Origin: Candidatus Woesebacteria bacterium
GTDB lineage: Bacteria; Patescibacteriota; Microgenomatia; UBA1400; UBA12028
Direction: 5' to 3'
DNA length: 64,000 nt
NCBI GenBank assembly: GCA_040006915.1
Contig: JBDTWD010000005.1
Location: forward strand, 23,394-87,393
Made by a program: the position numbers and the translations under genes. The notes below the pieces were generated by a model. The model did no database searches, was not told the DNA's origin, and saw only the letters and a list, made by a program, of their open reading frames with translations. Below are positions 18,717-28,675 of the stretch, in pieces (the stretch's first letter is position 1; each line of letters begins with the position of its first letter).

Positions 18717-19970
18717 ATGTCCAAGATTACTTTACTTACTGCTCGTGAGATTTTAGATTCTAGAGGTTTCCCAACGGTTGAGGTGCGTATTGATGTCGAC
18801 ACCGGACAAAGTGTGAGAGCCAGTGTTCCCGGAGGAACCGGTACTGGCAAGCACGAAGCTTTAGAAATTCGCGATGGTGACCCAGCTCGGATGGGGGGGA
18901 AAGGCGTAAAGAAAGTTGTCGCCACTATTAATGAAACCATCGCTCCATTAGTCATTGGCCAAGATCCTATTCGGCAAACGGCTACTGACCAAATGCTCTA
19001 CAATCTTGATGGCACACCGAATAAAAGCAAACTGGGTGCAAATGCGATTTTAGGGGTATCAATGGCGGTGTGCAAAGCAGGAGCCGCAAGTGTCGGAATG
19101 CCTGTCTATAAGTACCTCAAAGAGAAATATGCCATCACCTCTACTTTTCATATCCCTTCGCCAATTTTTAACTTAATTAATGGCGGCGCGCATGGAGCGG
19201 GTAACTTGGACTTTCAAGAATTCCATGTGATTCCGACGAGCAACAAACCGTTTTCAGCTTCACTCCAACTAGGAGTTGAGTTTTTCATGGCCTTAGAGCA
19301 AGTTTTGATTTCTAAAAATGCAATTCACAGTGTGGGAATTGAAGGAGGATTTGCGCCGAATCTATTTACCAATCTTGACGCTCTGGAATTACTCCTTGAA
19401 GCGATGAAACGTACTCCATATCTTTTCGGCCAAGATTTATTCTTTGGATTGGATGTGGCTGCAGACTACTTTTTTAAAAATGGAAAATATCAAATCCGTG
19501 ATCGACAAGATCCGTTCTCAGCCAAAGAATTACTTGAGTATTATAAGGAATTAAACAGTAAGTATCATATATTCTCGATTGAGGATCCATTCCAAGCTGA
19601 TGATTGGCAAGCTTGGAGTGCAATCACCGCAGAATTATCTGATCGAGTCGTGATTGTAGCCGATGATTTGGTGACCACGAATAAAGAGCGACTACAAAAA
19701 GCTATCAGTGAGAAAGCGTGTACCTCAGTTATGGTGAAACCAAATCAGATCGGAACAATCAGTGAAACTGTCGAAGTAGTAAAAATTGCCAAAGACGCCA
19801 AAATGCAGGTCGTCGCATCACATCGAAGTGGAGAAACGAATGATGACTTCATTGCCGACTTTGCGGTGGGACTCGGATGTGATTACGTTAAATTCGGGGC
19901 TCCGATTCGAGGAGAACGTGTTGCTAAATACAATCGACTCCTTGAGATCGAAGCAGAACTTCCAAAATGA
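18717..19970 (+). CDS. eno: Enolase (phosphopyruvate hydratase)
   Basis: MSKITLLTAREILDSRGFPTVEV... is canonical enolase, with conserved SHRSGETED-like motif (SHRSGETND). 417 aa. Confidence 0.95.
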   Translation: MSKITLLTAREILDSRGFPTVEVRIDVDTGQSVRASVPGGTGTGKHEALEIRDGDPARMGGKGVKKVVATINETIAPLVIGQDPIRQTATDQMLYNLDGTPNKSKLGANAILGVSMAVCKAGAASVGMPVYKYLKEKYAITSTFHIPSPIFNLINGGAHGAGNLDFQEFHVIPTSNKPFSASLQLGVEFFMALEQVLISKNAIHSVGIEGGFAPNLFTNLDALELLLEAMKRTPYLFGQDLFFGLDVAADYFFKNGKYQIRDRQDPFSAKELLEYYKELNSKYHIFSIEDPFQADDWQAWSAITAELSDRVVIVADDLVTTNKERLQKAISEKACTSVMVKPNQIGTISETVEVVKIAKDAKMQVVASHRSGETNDDFIADFAVGLGCDYVKFGAPIRGERVAKYNRLLEIEAELPK

Positions 19971-21595
19971 CCAAACCAAAACCGGTAGTACTACTAATCC
20001 TTGATGGCTGGGGAATTGGCCCTGCAAACGCGGGTAATGCCATAACCAGAGCCAATACTCCTAACATGCGTAAGTACTGGGTATCGTTTCCCCACACCCA
20101 ACTCACTGCTTCTGGAGAGGCGGTTGGGCTTCCGCGCGGGGAAGACGGCAATACCGAAACTGGTCACTTAAATATTGGTGCAGGAAAGATCGTGTACCAA
20201 GATTTACCACGCATTAATATGAGTATTGCGGATGGTACGTTCGGGACCAATCGCGTCTTCTTAGAAGCTTTTGAACATGTGAAGAAAAATAATTCCGCGT
20301 TGCATTTGATGGGGTTAGTCGGTTCAGGTGGAGTGCACAGCAATATCGAACATCTCTATGCCCTGCTCTCAGCCGCAAAAAAAAATGGCCTCGGAGAAAA
20401 CGTATTCTTACACTTGTTTACAGACGGCCGCGACTCACCCCCAACATCAGCTATTTCATTTGTGACCCAAATCCAAGAACAATGTAAATCGTTAGGGATC
20501 GGACAGATTGCTACCATTATCGGCAGATATTACGCGATGGATCGAGACAAACGCTGGGATCGGACGCAGCTTGCCTACGATGCGCTGACGGTGGGAAGTG
20601 CCACCTGTACGAGTGATCCGCTTGCTATCATCCAGGAGCGATACAAAGCCGGAGAGACCGATGAGTTTATCAAACCAATTTCCGTCTGTGCTCATGATGG
20701 GAAGCCCAAAGTCATCACTGATAAGGATGCAGTCATTTTTTACAACTTCCGTATCGATCGTCCCCGGGAATTAACAAAGGCTTTCGTGCTTCCCAATTTT
20801 GAGAGCGGAATTTCCTCCGAAGGATTCGATCCCTATACAGTCAAATATCACCACACCCATATTCAGCAACAACCAGCAGCTACCCAAACATTTCAGCGTC
20901 AAAAAATTCTTAAAGATTTATATTTTGTGACTATGACTGAGTATGAACGAGGATTGCCGACCAACATTGCCTATCCTCCTCAGACAGTTGAAATGCCGCT
21001 GGGAAGAGTAATCGAACAACGGGCCTTGAAACAACTACGCATGAGCGAGACTGAAAAAGAACGATTTGTTACCTACTATTTTAACGGCTTACGTGAAGAC
21101 GCGTTCAGTGGCGAAGATCACATTATTATCCCCAGTAAAAAAGTAGCGACCTATGATTTGGCTCCGGAAATGAGTGCTCGAGAAATTACTCAAACATTCC
21201 TTGAGAAACTCAATGGCGATTTCTATGACTTCGTCTGTATTAATCTTGCGAACGCCGATATGGTAGGCCATACCGGGAATTTAACTGCAGCAATGAAAGC
21301 AATCGAGATCGTCGATGAGTGCGTCGGTAAGATCGTCGCCGCTGTCACCATTCGAGGTGGGGTAGTCCTCATTACAGCTGATCACGGAAATGCGGAAGAA
21401 ATGATTAACAATGAAACTGGAGAGATCGATACAGAACACTCTGCTTATCCAGTCCCACTGTATCTTATTGGCAACCAATTCCAGAATCAGTCCACTATGC
21501 TGCAATCGGGAATTCTTGCTGACATCGCCCCGACTATATTAAAGTTGATGGATATTCCTAGGCCTGATAGTATGACGGGGCGAGCGCTTTTTTAA
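19967..21595 (+). CDS. gpmI: 2,3-bisphosphoglycerate-independent phosphoglycerate mutase
   Basis: VLLILDGWGIG N-terminus, metalloenzyme-superfamily motifs ADHGN, 542 aa. 4-nt overlap with eno. Confidence 0.9.
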   Translation: MTKPKPVVLLILDGWGIGPANAGNAITRANTPNMRKYWVSFPHTQLTASGEAVGLPRGEDGNTETGHLNIGAGKIVYQDLPRINMSIADGTFGTNRVFLEAFEHVKKNNSALHLMGLVGSGGVHSNIEHLYALLSAAKKNGLGENVFLHLFTDGRDSPPTSAISFVTQIQEQCKSLGIGQIATIIGRYYAMDRDKRWDRTQLAYDALTVGSATCTSDPLAIIQERYKAGETDEFIKPISVCAHDGKPKVITDKDAVIFYNFRIDRPRELTKAFVLPNFESGISSEGFDPYTVKYHHTHIQQQPAATQTFQRQKILKDLYFVTMTEYERGLPTNIAYPPQTVEMPLGRVIEQRALKQLRMSETEKERFVTYYFNGLREDAFSGEDHIIIPSKKVATYDLAPEMSAREITQTFLEKLNGDFYDFVCINLANADMVGHTGNLTAAMKAIEIVDECVGKIVAAVTIRGGVVLITADHGNAEEMINNETGEIDTEHSAYPVPLYLIGNQFQNQSTMLQSGILADIAPTILKLMDIPRPDSMTGRALF

Positions 21596-21616
21596 TATTT
21601 TTATAAAGGAGAATAT

Positions 21617-21922
21617 ATGGCTATTTCACCTAAACTTGGTGTTGAAGCAACAGGAACTCTGTCAAATGAAGCTTTAGCTTCCATTGCCCTCACAGAAGAT
21701 AATGTAAAAGACATTGTGAAAACCGCTCTTCAAGGAGATGATACAAAATCTTTTATACAAAAGATGGGTCCTTTTATGAATAGACAAGAGGTTCTCACTG
21801 CTCTGCCCAAATTTCTGGCAGAATATGGAAAGACGGATGTGATGAGAAAAAACGAAGCTGCACCAAATATGAGGAAAGTGACAGAGCAAATATTAGCACA
21901 AGCGAAAGCAAAATATAGTTAG
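21617..21922 (+). CDS. Hypothetical small protein
   Basis: 101 aa. GGAGA RBS upstream. Lies between gpmI and the acetyl-CoA synthetase gene. Confidence 0.4.
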   Translation: MAISPKLGVEATGTLSNEALASIALTEDNVKDIVKTALQGDDTKSFIQKMGPFMNRQEVLTALPKFLAEYGKTDVMRKNEAAPNMRKVTEQILAQAKAKYS

Positions 21923-21972
21923 GGTTTTAGTTTTCGCTTTACCCTTCACTCTAGCCCTGCTATTCTGAATGT

Positions 21973-24042
21973 ATGTTGGATTCGCTACTGCATCCCAAAT
22001 CTATTGCTATTGTCGGTGTTTCTTTGGAACCACAAAAAGTAGGGCATCAGGTTTTTGCTAACTTGCTTTCATTCCCAGGAAAGATCTACCCCATTAATCC
22101 AAAACATAAAAAAATATCTGGACATGTTTGTTATCCCGATGTTTTAAGCATTCCTGAACATATAGATTTGGTAATCATTGCTACCCCTGTCCCGACGGTT
22201 GAAGATGTCGTTCATCAATGCGTCGATAAGAAAGTGAAAGCGATAATCATTATCACGGCAGGGTTTGCAGAAAATGGGAAAGCCGGAAAAAAACTCCAAG
22301 ATCGAATTGCAACCACGCTTAAAAATAATGGCATTGCGCTGCTTGGTCCAAATACGTTGGGAGCCATTAATCCCTATGAAGATTTAAACGCTAGTTTTGC
22401 CCCGGCTCATATAGATAAAGGCTCCATCGCCCTTATCAGTCAATCCGGTGCGATGCTGACGACCATCTTTTCGCAGTTTGCTAGCCGTAAAATTGGCTGT
22501 TCATTTGCGCTCTCCTTAGGCAATGGAGCTGGAATTACAGTGAACGATGCACTCTCGTATGCAATGAAAGACCCAAAGACAAAGGTGATTGCATTGTATC
22601 TTGAATCGCTTCCAGATCTTCAGCATTTTTTCTATTTAACCAAAGAAATCAGTCAAACAAAACCAATTTTTCTCTTAAAAGGCGGAGTGACTGATCAAGG
22701 ACAGCATGCGTCACTTTCTCATACAGCAGCCTTAGCAACCGACAGTACGCTACTTCGTGAAGCCCAACATCAGTTTGGCTACACCATGGTTGATACCATT
22801 GAACAATTTATTGAAACCACTTTCTTTGCTGACAAATTAAAAGAGTTGCCTTTGAGCTTAATGATTCTCACCAATGCTGGTGGTCCCGGTGTAAACTCAA
22901 TCGATTTGGCATCGAATGCAGGTATTCGTTTGGCTTCGTGGACACCCGCAACTATCCAACGATTTGCCGCTAGTCTCCCCCGAGTGATTCCTCATAATCC
23001 GACAGATCTATTAGGAGACGCATCGGTTGCTGACATTGAAACAGCTCTCGCCTTTGCAAATGAAGATCCATTAATCGATTCCATCTTACTCATTATTACT
23101 CCCCAAGCGGTGACGGATATTCCCGGGATGGTGAAAATGCTCATCGAGAAGCAAAAAAACAATCGCAAGCCATTAGTTGTGGCTTTAATGACCGGAGAAG
23201 AGTATCGACGTGAACTGGTGAAATTACGGACGGCTGGCATCACCGCTGTCGAATATGCGAACGAAGGCGTTGAAATCTATGCATATCTTTCCCATGCCAG
23301 AGCTTCCGCACATACTGATCGATCGGCAACATTGATGAAAACCTTGGCTCACAACTTAACTGTTAATCCGTCACTTCCAAAAGGCCTTGAGACCAGACGG
23401 TCATTCCCACTGACTGAGAATGAACTTTCACAAGTATATCTGCTTCTCGAAGCCTACGGCTGTACGCTGCCTCGCGCGGCAATTGTCTCAAATCGAAAAC
23501 AACTCGATGACCTTGATGCTCTTGATCCGGCACGAGTCTATCCGTTGATTGCAAAAACTGCCAATTTGACCTTAAAACATAAAGCTATCCTCGGAGCAGT
23601 GATCAAAGATATTCAGAACAAAGATCAAGCCGTGCAGGCATTTGAAAAATTACAAAAATTTGGAAACCAAGTTGTGTTTCAAGAAGTTATTGAAGATGCA
23701 ATTGAAGTGATCATTGGGGTCAGGCGCGATCTGATCTATGGCCCGTTCATTGCGATTGGAACCGGTGGGAGCTTAACGAATATCATCGCTGACAGAGCCT
23801 ACATTTTCTTACCTGCCAGTGGACGGGAGATACGAACGGCCTTCAAACGAACAAAATTGTTTACTCTTCTTACTTCTGCGCAACGAGAGGAAGTTTTAAC
23901 CGTTTTGGAACAATGCCAATCTCTATTCGAAGAGCATTCAGAAATTTTCGAATTAGAAATTAATCCCCTGATGGTAACCAAAGAAAAAAGTTACGTCGCA
24001 GACATCAAAGTGCAGATGCAGAGCAAAGAAGAAAGGGTATAA
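21973..24042 (+). CDS. Acetate--CoA ligase (ADP-forming), fused alpha/beta (NDP-forming acyl-CoA synthetase superfamily)
   Basis: 689 aa. N-terminal CoA-binding Rossmann (SIAIVGVS...), succinyl-CoA-synthetase-like ligase-CoA domain with the phosphohistidine loop region, C-terminal ATP-grasp (beta) domain. Confidence 0.8.
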   Translation: MLDSLLHPKSIAIVGVSLEPQKVGHQVFANLLSFPGKIYPINPKHKKISGHVCYPDVLSIPEHIDLVIIATPVPTVEDVVHQCVDKKVKAIIIITAGFAENGKAGKKLQDRIATTLKNNGIALLGPNTLGAINPYEDLNASFAPAHIDKGSIALISQSGAMLTTIFSQFASRKIGCSFALSLGNGAGITVNDALSYAMKDPKTKVIALYLESLPDLQHFFYLTKEISQTKPIFLLKGGVTDQGQHASLSHTAALATDSTLLREAQHQFGYTMVDTIEQFIETTFFADKLKELPLSLMILTNAGGPGVNSIDLASNAGIRLASWTPATIQRFAASLPRVIPHNPTDLLGDASVADIETALAFANEDPLIDSILLIITPQAVTDIPGMVKMLIEKQKNNRKPLVVALMTGEEYRRELVKLRTAGITAVEYANEGVEIYAYLSHARASAHTDRSATLMKTLAHNLTVNPSLPKGLETRRSFPLTENELSQVYLLLEAYGCTLPRAAIVSNRKQLDDLDALDPARVYPLIAKTANLTLKHKAILGAVIKDIQNKDQAVQAFEKLQKFGNQVVFQEVIEDAIEVIIGVRRDLIYGPFIAIGTGGSLTNIIADRAYIFLPASGREIRTAFKRTKLFTLLTSAQREEVLTVLEQCQSLFEEHSEIFELEINPLMVTKEKSYVADIKVQMQSKEERV

Positions 24043-25877
24043 TGGCGATGAATATGATATTCAATTGGAAAATTGGTGGAAGAGCCGGCGAAGGCATTGC
24101 TGCTACCAGTTTCTTGATGGCTAAAATTGCGCAGCGAGCTGGTCTGTCTGTTTTCGAGTACGGGGAATACCCTTCTCTTATCCGCGGAGGTCATACGACC
24201 GGACAAGTTCATGCCGGCTCAGAACCAATCACTGTGCAGAAAAAAATGGTAGATTTGATGATTGTTCTCAATGAGGACTGTATCAAACTTCATCTCACTG
24301 AATTTGATGAACACACAAAATTTTTGGTTGATACCCAAGACGATAAAATTGATTTCACAAAATATCCAAGCATCAAACCTGAACAAATTGTTTCCGTTCC
24401 CATGGTACAGATTGCGCGAGAAACAACTGGAAAATCTTTAGCTTCAAACATGGTGGCTTTAGCGGTGTCTTGTTCGCTTCTAGGACTTGAGAAACAAGCT
24501 CATATTGAAGTCATTAAAAGCTTCTTCGGTCGCAAGGGACAAGAGGTAGTTGACGAAAATATTCGTGCGGCACAGAAAGGCTACGAATTTATCACTCATC
24601 AAGCAACACCCGCTCCAGAAGCAGCTCCAGCTCCTGAAGTATCTACTTCAGTCGAGGAAAGTACACAAAATTCTACCCCAATGACCGCTGGAAGCAGTGC
24701 TGAAAAAAGTATGGCAACTGAACCTGTTGCAAACACCCCTCAGTCATCCTCAAATACCCTGTTATTGACCGGATCTGAAGCCATTGGTTTTGGAGCGCTT
24801 TCAGCTGGAGTGCAATATTATAGTGCCTACCCCATGACACCATCTTCAGCATTGATGACCTTTATGGCGGATGCACAGCAGCATTACCCCATGGTTCTAA
24901 AACACGCAGAAGATGAAATTGCGGCAATTAACAATGTCTTAGGAGCAGCATTTTCGGGAGCGCGAGCAATGACGGGAACTGCTGGCGGTGGTTTTGCACT
25001 CATGGTCGAAGGCGTGTCTCTAGCTGGGGTGACCGAACTTCCACTCGTAGTTTTAGTTGCCGGTAGACCGGGACCAGCGACCGGACTTCCGACTTGGACA
25101 TCACAGACTGATCTTTCGTATGTCATTTATTCTGGACATGGCGAGTTTCCCAAAGTCGTTTTTACTCCCGGAAATTTGGAGGAGTGTTTTAAACTCACTC
25201 GCATTGCTTTCTTAATTGCGGAAAAATATCAAACTCAAGTGTATATTATTGCGGACAAAATTCTGCTGGAATCTCGCATGACAATTGATCGGAGCTTGAT
25301 TCCCACAGATTTTACCAACCAACGATTTTCATTCGCACAAGATCCATTACCGGAAGATAATTCATACAGACGTTTTGTCGATACCAAAGAAGGATATTCT
25401 CCTCGCTCAGTTCCAGGACAACCACATGGACTGCAACTGACCAACAGTTATGAACATGATGAGTTCGGATATGCAACCGAAGAAGCAGAGATGACCAAGA
25501 AAATGGTGGAAAAACGCATGAGAAAATTAGATGGAATTATAAAAGAGATTCCCGGTCCAATTTTGATTGGGCCACAAGAAGCTGATCTCACTTTTGTCTG
25601 CTGGGGAAGCTCAAGATTGGCTTTGGAAGAGGTGATCAAACATACCAATGCAAACATTATTCATTTGATGACCATGCTGCCATTTAAAGTTGAAGAATTT
25701 AAAAACCTGGCAAGCAAAACAAAAAAGATGATCATGGTTGAAGAAAATATTGGCCGCCAAGCAGAAATGCATATCAAAAAAGAGACAGGGGTTACCTTTG
25801 AACATCGTATCAATCGCTATGATGGCAGACCTTTGTACGCAGAAGAAATTTTAGAAGAGATACAACACCTACATTAA
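24042..25877 (+). CDS. 2-oxoacid:ferredoxin oxidoreductase, fused gamma-alpha subunit
   Basis: N-terminal 190 aa is a POR/KOR gamma domain (GGRAGEGIAATSFLMAKIA). A Pro/Ala/Glu-rich linker follows, then the alpha subunit (LLTGSEAIGFGALSAGVQYYSAYPMTPSS). Start codon overlaps the upstream stop. Confidence 0.85.
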   Translation: MAMNMIFNWKIGGRAGEGIAATSFLMAKIAQRAGLSVFEYGEYPSLIRGGHTTGQVHAGSEPITVQKKMVDLMIVLNEDCIKLHLTEFDEHTKFLVDTQDDKIDFTKYPSIKPEQIVSVPMVQIARETTGKSLASNMVALAVSCSLLGLEKQAHIEVIKSFFGRKGQEVVDENIRAAQKGYEFITHQATPAPEAAPAPEVSTSVEESTQNSTPMTAGSSAEKSMATEPVANTPQSSSNTLLLTGSEAIGFGALSAGVQYYSAYPMTPSSALMTFMADAQQHYPMVLKHAEDEIAAINNVLGAAFSGARAMTGTAGGGFALMVEGVSLAGVTELPLVVLVAGRPGPATGLPTWTSQTDLSYVIYSGHGEFPKVVFTPGNLEECFKLTRIAFLIAEKYQTQVYIIADKILLESRMTIDRSLIPTDFTNQRFSFAQDPLPEDNSYRRFVDTKEGYSPRSVPGQPHGLQLTNSYEHDEFGYATEEAEMTKKMVEKRMRKLDGIIKEIPGPILIGPQEADLTFVCWGSSRLALEEVIKHTNANIIHLMTMLPFKVEEFKNLASKTKKMIMVEENIGRQAEMHIKKETGVTFEHRINRYDGRPLYAEEILEEIQHLH

Positions 25878-25888
25878 CAGGAGCTTTT

Positions 25889-26158
25889 ATGACTGAAAAA
25901 TACGGAGATATCGATACAGAGAAAGAAATATTTAAATTCCTTTCAGTCCATGAGGGTGAGTCCGCCAGCATGGAACAAGTCATTCGTACTATATTAACTG
26001 AGCATGGTGGCTCGCTCTCACCAACAGATCTTGTAGCGGAAGTGAAGAAACGAGTGGAAGCAGCACAGCTGGCATGGAGCCATATGCTTTTTTCTGCAGT
26101 AGTGTCGAGCAAATTTTTCCTCGATTCAGACCTTATTGTTCATCTGAACACACCATAA
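25889..26158 (+). CDS. Hypothetical small acidic protein located between the OFOR alpha and beta genes
   Basis: 89 aa. No Cys clusters, so not a ferredoxin delta subunit. GGAG-like RBS. Confidence 0.35.
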   Translation: MTEKYGDIDTEKEIFKFLSVHEGESASMEQVIRTILTEHGGSLSPTDLVAEVKKRVEAAQLAWSHMLFSAVVSSKFFLDSDLIVHLNTP

Positions 26159-26164
26159 AACTCT

Positions 26165-27022
26165 ATGACAACAAGTGACATTACATTAAAATCCCCTAAC
26201 TTTCCCACCTGGTGTCCAGGATGTGGAGACTATGGAATTTGGAGTGCAATAAAAAAAGCGTTAGTTGAGTCCAATATTCCTGAAGAACAACTGGTGATCG
26301 TTTATGGTGTCGGATGTTCTGGGAACATGGCAGACTTCCTTCGCTGTTATGGATTCCATGCGCTGCACGGTCGGGCACTTCCCGTTGCCGAAGCAATTAA
26401 GCTTGCCAATCATGATTTGAAAGTCCTCGTCATCGCTGGGGATGGTGACACATATGGTGAAGGTATGGGACATTTTGTTGCAGCCTGTCGTGGTAATCAT
26501 GATATTACACTCCTAGTTCATAACAACCAAGTGTATGGTCTGACGACTGGTCAGGCAGCACCTACCACACCCAAAGGCTGGGAAACCAAATCAACTCCTA
26601 CCGGACAGATCGAAGTTCCAGTAAACCCAATTGCTATTGCGGCATCGACAGGAGCCTCATTTATTGCGCGGGGCTATGCCGGTAACATTCCCTTTACATC
26701 AGAACTTATTAAAAAGGCAATTAATCATAAAGGATTTTCCTTAGTCGATACGTTCCAACCCTGTGTTACTTTTAACAAACACAACACGCATGTCTGGTAC
26801 AACGAACACACCAACAAGCTCGATGAAACACGGGATACAAGTGACCCAATGGAAGCAATTAAACTATCCATGGATCCAGAGAAACTGCATTTGGGAGTTT
26901 TGTACGAAAACCAAACAGTGAAACCATATCACGAGTGGGTTCCCAACCTTACCAAAGGTTCACTAGTGAAACAATTTGCAACTCAGGTCTCACTCGCTGA
27001 AAGCTTCAAACAATATCTCTAG
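26165..27022 (+). CDS. 2-oxoacid:ferredoxin oxidoreductase beta subunit (TPP-binding)
   Basis: CPGCGDYG Fe-S/TPP motif, GDGD TPP-binding region. 285 aa. Confidence 0.9.
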   Translation: MTTSDITLKSPNFPTWCPGCGDYGIWSAIKKALVESNIPEEQLVIVYGVGCSGNMADFLRCYGFHALHGRALPVAEAIKLANHDLKVLVIAGDGDTYGEGMGHFVAACRGNHDITLLVHNNQVYGLTTGQAAPTTPKGWETKSTPTGQIEVPVNPIAIAASTGASFIARGYAGNIPFTSELIKKAINHKGFSLVDTFQPCVTFNKHNTHVWYNEHTNKLDETRDTSDPMEAIKLSMDPEKLHLGVLYENQTVKPYHEWVPNLTKGSLVKQFATQVSLAESFKQYL

Positions 27023-27626
27023 GATCGAGTTCTTTTTCTCCACCTCGCATATGAAGGATTGCTGGGATGATTGAAACTACGACAATAATTGCGATGATTG
27101 GTAACAGATATTTGTCAGCATTCGGAATGATACGACCTAAAAAGTATCCTCCCAATACCATCCCTGAGGCCCACAGAGTGCCACCCACGATGTTGTTTAG
27201 GAAGAATTTCTCATAATGCATGTTCGCAATACCGGCGGCGATAGGAGCAAAGGTACGGACGGCAGGGATAAAACGAGCCAAGATTAATGCTTTGCCACCG
27301 TGTTTCTCATAAAATCTTTGAGCTTGAGTCAAATATTTTTTCTTGAAGAAAAAAGAATCTTTCTGACGCATCAACCAGGATCCTAATTTCTTCCCGGTCC
27401 AATATCCAGCATTGTCACCTAAGACAGCAGCCGCCACCAAAAGTGGCACTAATACCCATAAATGGAAAACACCTTGGGATGCCAACAGTCCTGCGGTAAA
27501 AAGCAAACTATCACCAGGAAGAAAGAATCCGAAAAACAAACCAGACTCAGCAAAGACGATACCAAATAGACCGACATATCCCACCGTTTGGATAAGTTCG
27601 ATCAAATCAAAGTGTGGGAAGATCAT
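27006..27626 (-). CDS. DedA/SNARE-associated family membrane protein
   Basis: GLFGIVFAESGLFFGFFLPGDSLL is the DedA signature. 206 aa. Confidence 0.8.
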   Translation of the reverse strand: MIFPHFDLIELIQTVGYVGLFGIVFAESGLFFGFFLPGDSLLFTAGLLASQGVFHLWVLVPLLVAAAVLGDNAGYWTGKKLGSWLMRQKDSFFFKKKYLTQAQRFYEKHGGKALILARFIPAVRTFAPIAAGIANMHYEKFFLNNIVGGTLWASGMVLGGYFLGRIIPNADKYLLPIIAIIVVVSIIPAILHMRGGEKELDPRDIV

Positions 27627-27636
27627 AGAAGAACGA

Positions 27637-28617
27637 TTATACAGGAAGCTCTGGAGTTTTATCTTCCGAATTCTGAGCTAACTGCCGGATATTTGAGAGT
27701 CCACGTTCTAAGGCTCCCAGAGATTGAGCACTGGTTCCAAACATATTCTGCGCATTTGTTAAGTGTTTTCCTAGAGTCATAAAGTTGTCTGAAAATTTCT
27801 CATAATCCTTTTGCACCCCTCGAAGCAATTTAAAGGCTTCTTTGGTTTTGGTTTCGATTTTCTTCCCTTCAAAGGACAGCATAATTGTTTGCAAATGGGC
27901 ATAAAACGTTGTCGGGGAAACCGGATATACCCGCGCATGGCTGGCATATTCAAGGATAGAATCATCAGCGGCAATTTCATAAAACACCGATTCACTGGGA
28001 ACATACATTAATGCAAAGTCCATGGTCCCCTCTTCAGGTAAAATATACTTTTGCGCAATTGCATCAATATGTCTCTTTACATCTCTAGTGAAGTCGCGTT
28101 TGGCCATCTCACGTTCACTTTGTGTTTCTCCTTTGAGCATCGCCTGAAAATGTTCCATTGGGAATTTTGAATCAATGGGTAAAATACCGGCATCGGTTTG
28201 AATTGCAGCATCAACAATTGCTCCTGATTTAAAACGATGTTGTAAGAAAAATTGATGTTTAGGGAAAACTTGACCAATAAGATCTGCCAAAACACGTTCA
28301 CCCATATTCCCTCGCAGTTTTGGAGATTTAAGCAAGGCATCCAAATCCTTCATGGATTGCCCTAATTCTGAGAATTTACCGGCCTCACGCTTGAGTTCTC
28401 CGATTACTTCGGCCGCATGGGTCAAACGGTCATTAATTTCTTTTGTCTGAGTTGAAATACTTTCGGACACGTGTCTGTTTGATTCGGATGCCTGTTGTTG
28501 GCTGGACTTAAGCCATTCAAGCAGTGTCGGATCAATAGCTGATTTTCTCGTTAGTAGATAAGCCACCATACCTAGCAGAGCTAGACATAAGACAGCTAAA
28601 ATAATGGTTAAAAACAT
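27637..28617 (-). CDS. rmuC: DNA recombination protein RmuC
   Basis: N-terminal TM anchor, long coiled coil, C-terminal RmuC nuclease-like region (ILPIDSKFP..., YVPSESVFYE). Confidence 0.8.
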   Translation of the reverse strand: MFLTIILAVLCLALLGMVAYLLTRKSAIDPTLLEWLKSSQQQASESNRHVSESISTQTKEINDRLTHAAEVIGELKREAGKFSELGQSMKDLDALLKSPKLRGNMGERVLADLIGQVFPKHQFFLQHRFKSGAIVDAAIQTDAGILPIDSKFPMEHFQAMLKGETQSEREMAKRDFTRDVKRHIDAIAQKYILPEEGTMDFALMYVPSESVFYEIAADDSILEYASHARVYPVSPTTFYAHLQTIMLSFEGKKIETKTKEAFKLLRGVQKDYEKFSDNFMTLGKHLTNAQNMFGTSAQSLGALERGLSNIRQLAQNSEDKTPELPV

Positions 28618-28675
28618 GGAAAGTCAGTATACCAGTTAGCCTCTGTAGGCTCTAGTATCTCCATTTCTTAAATAA

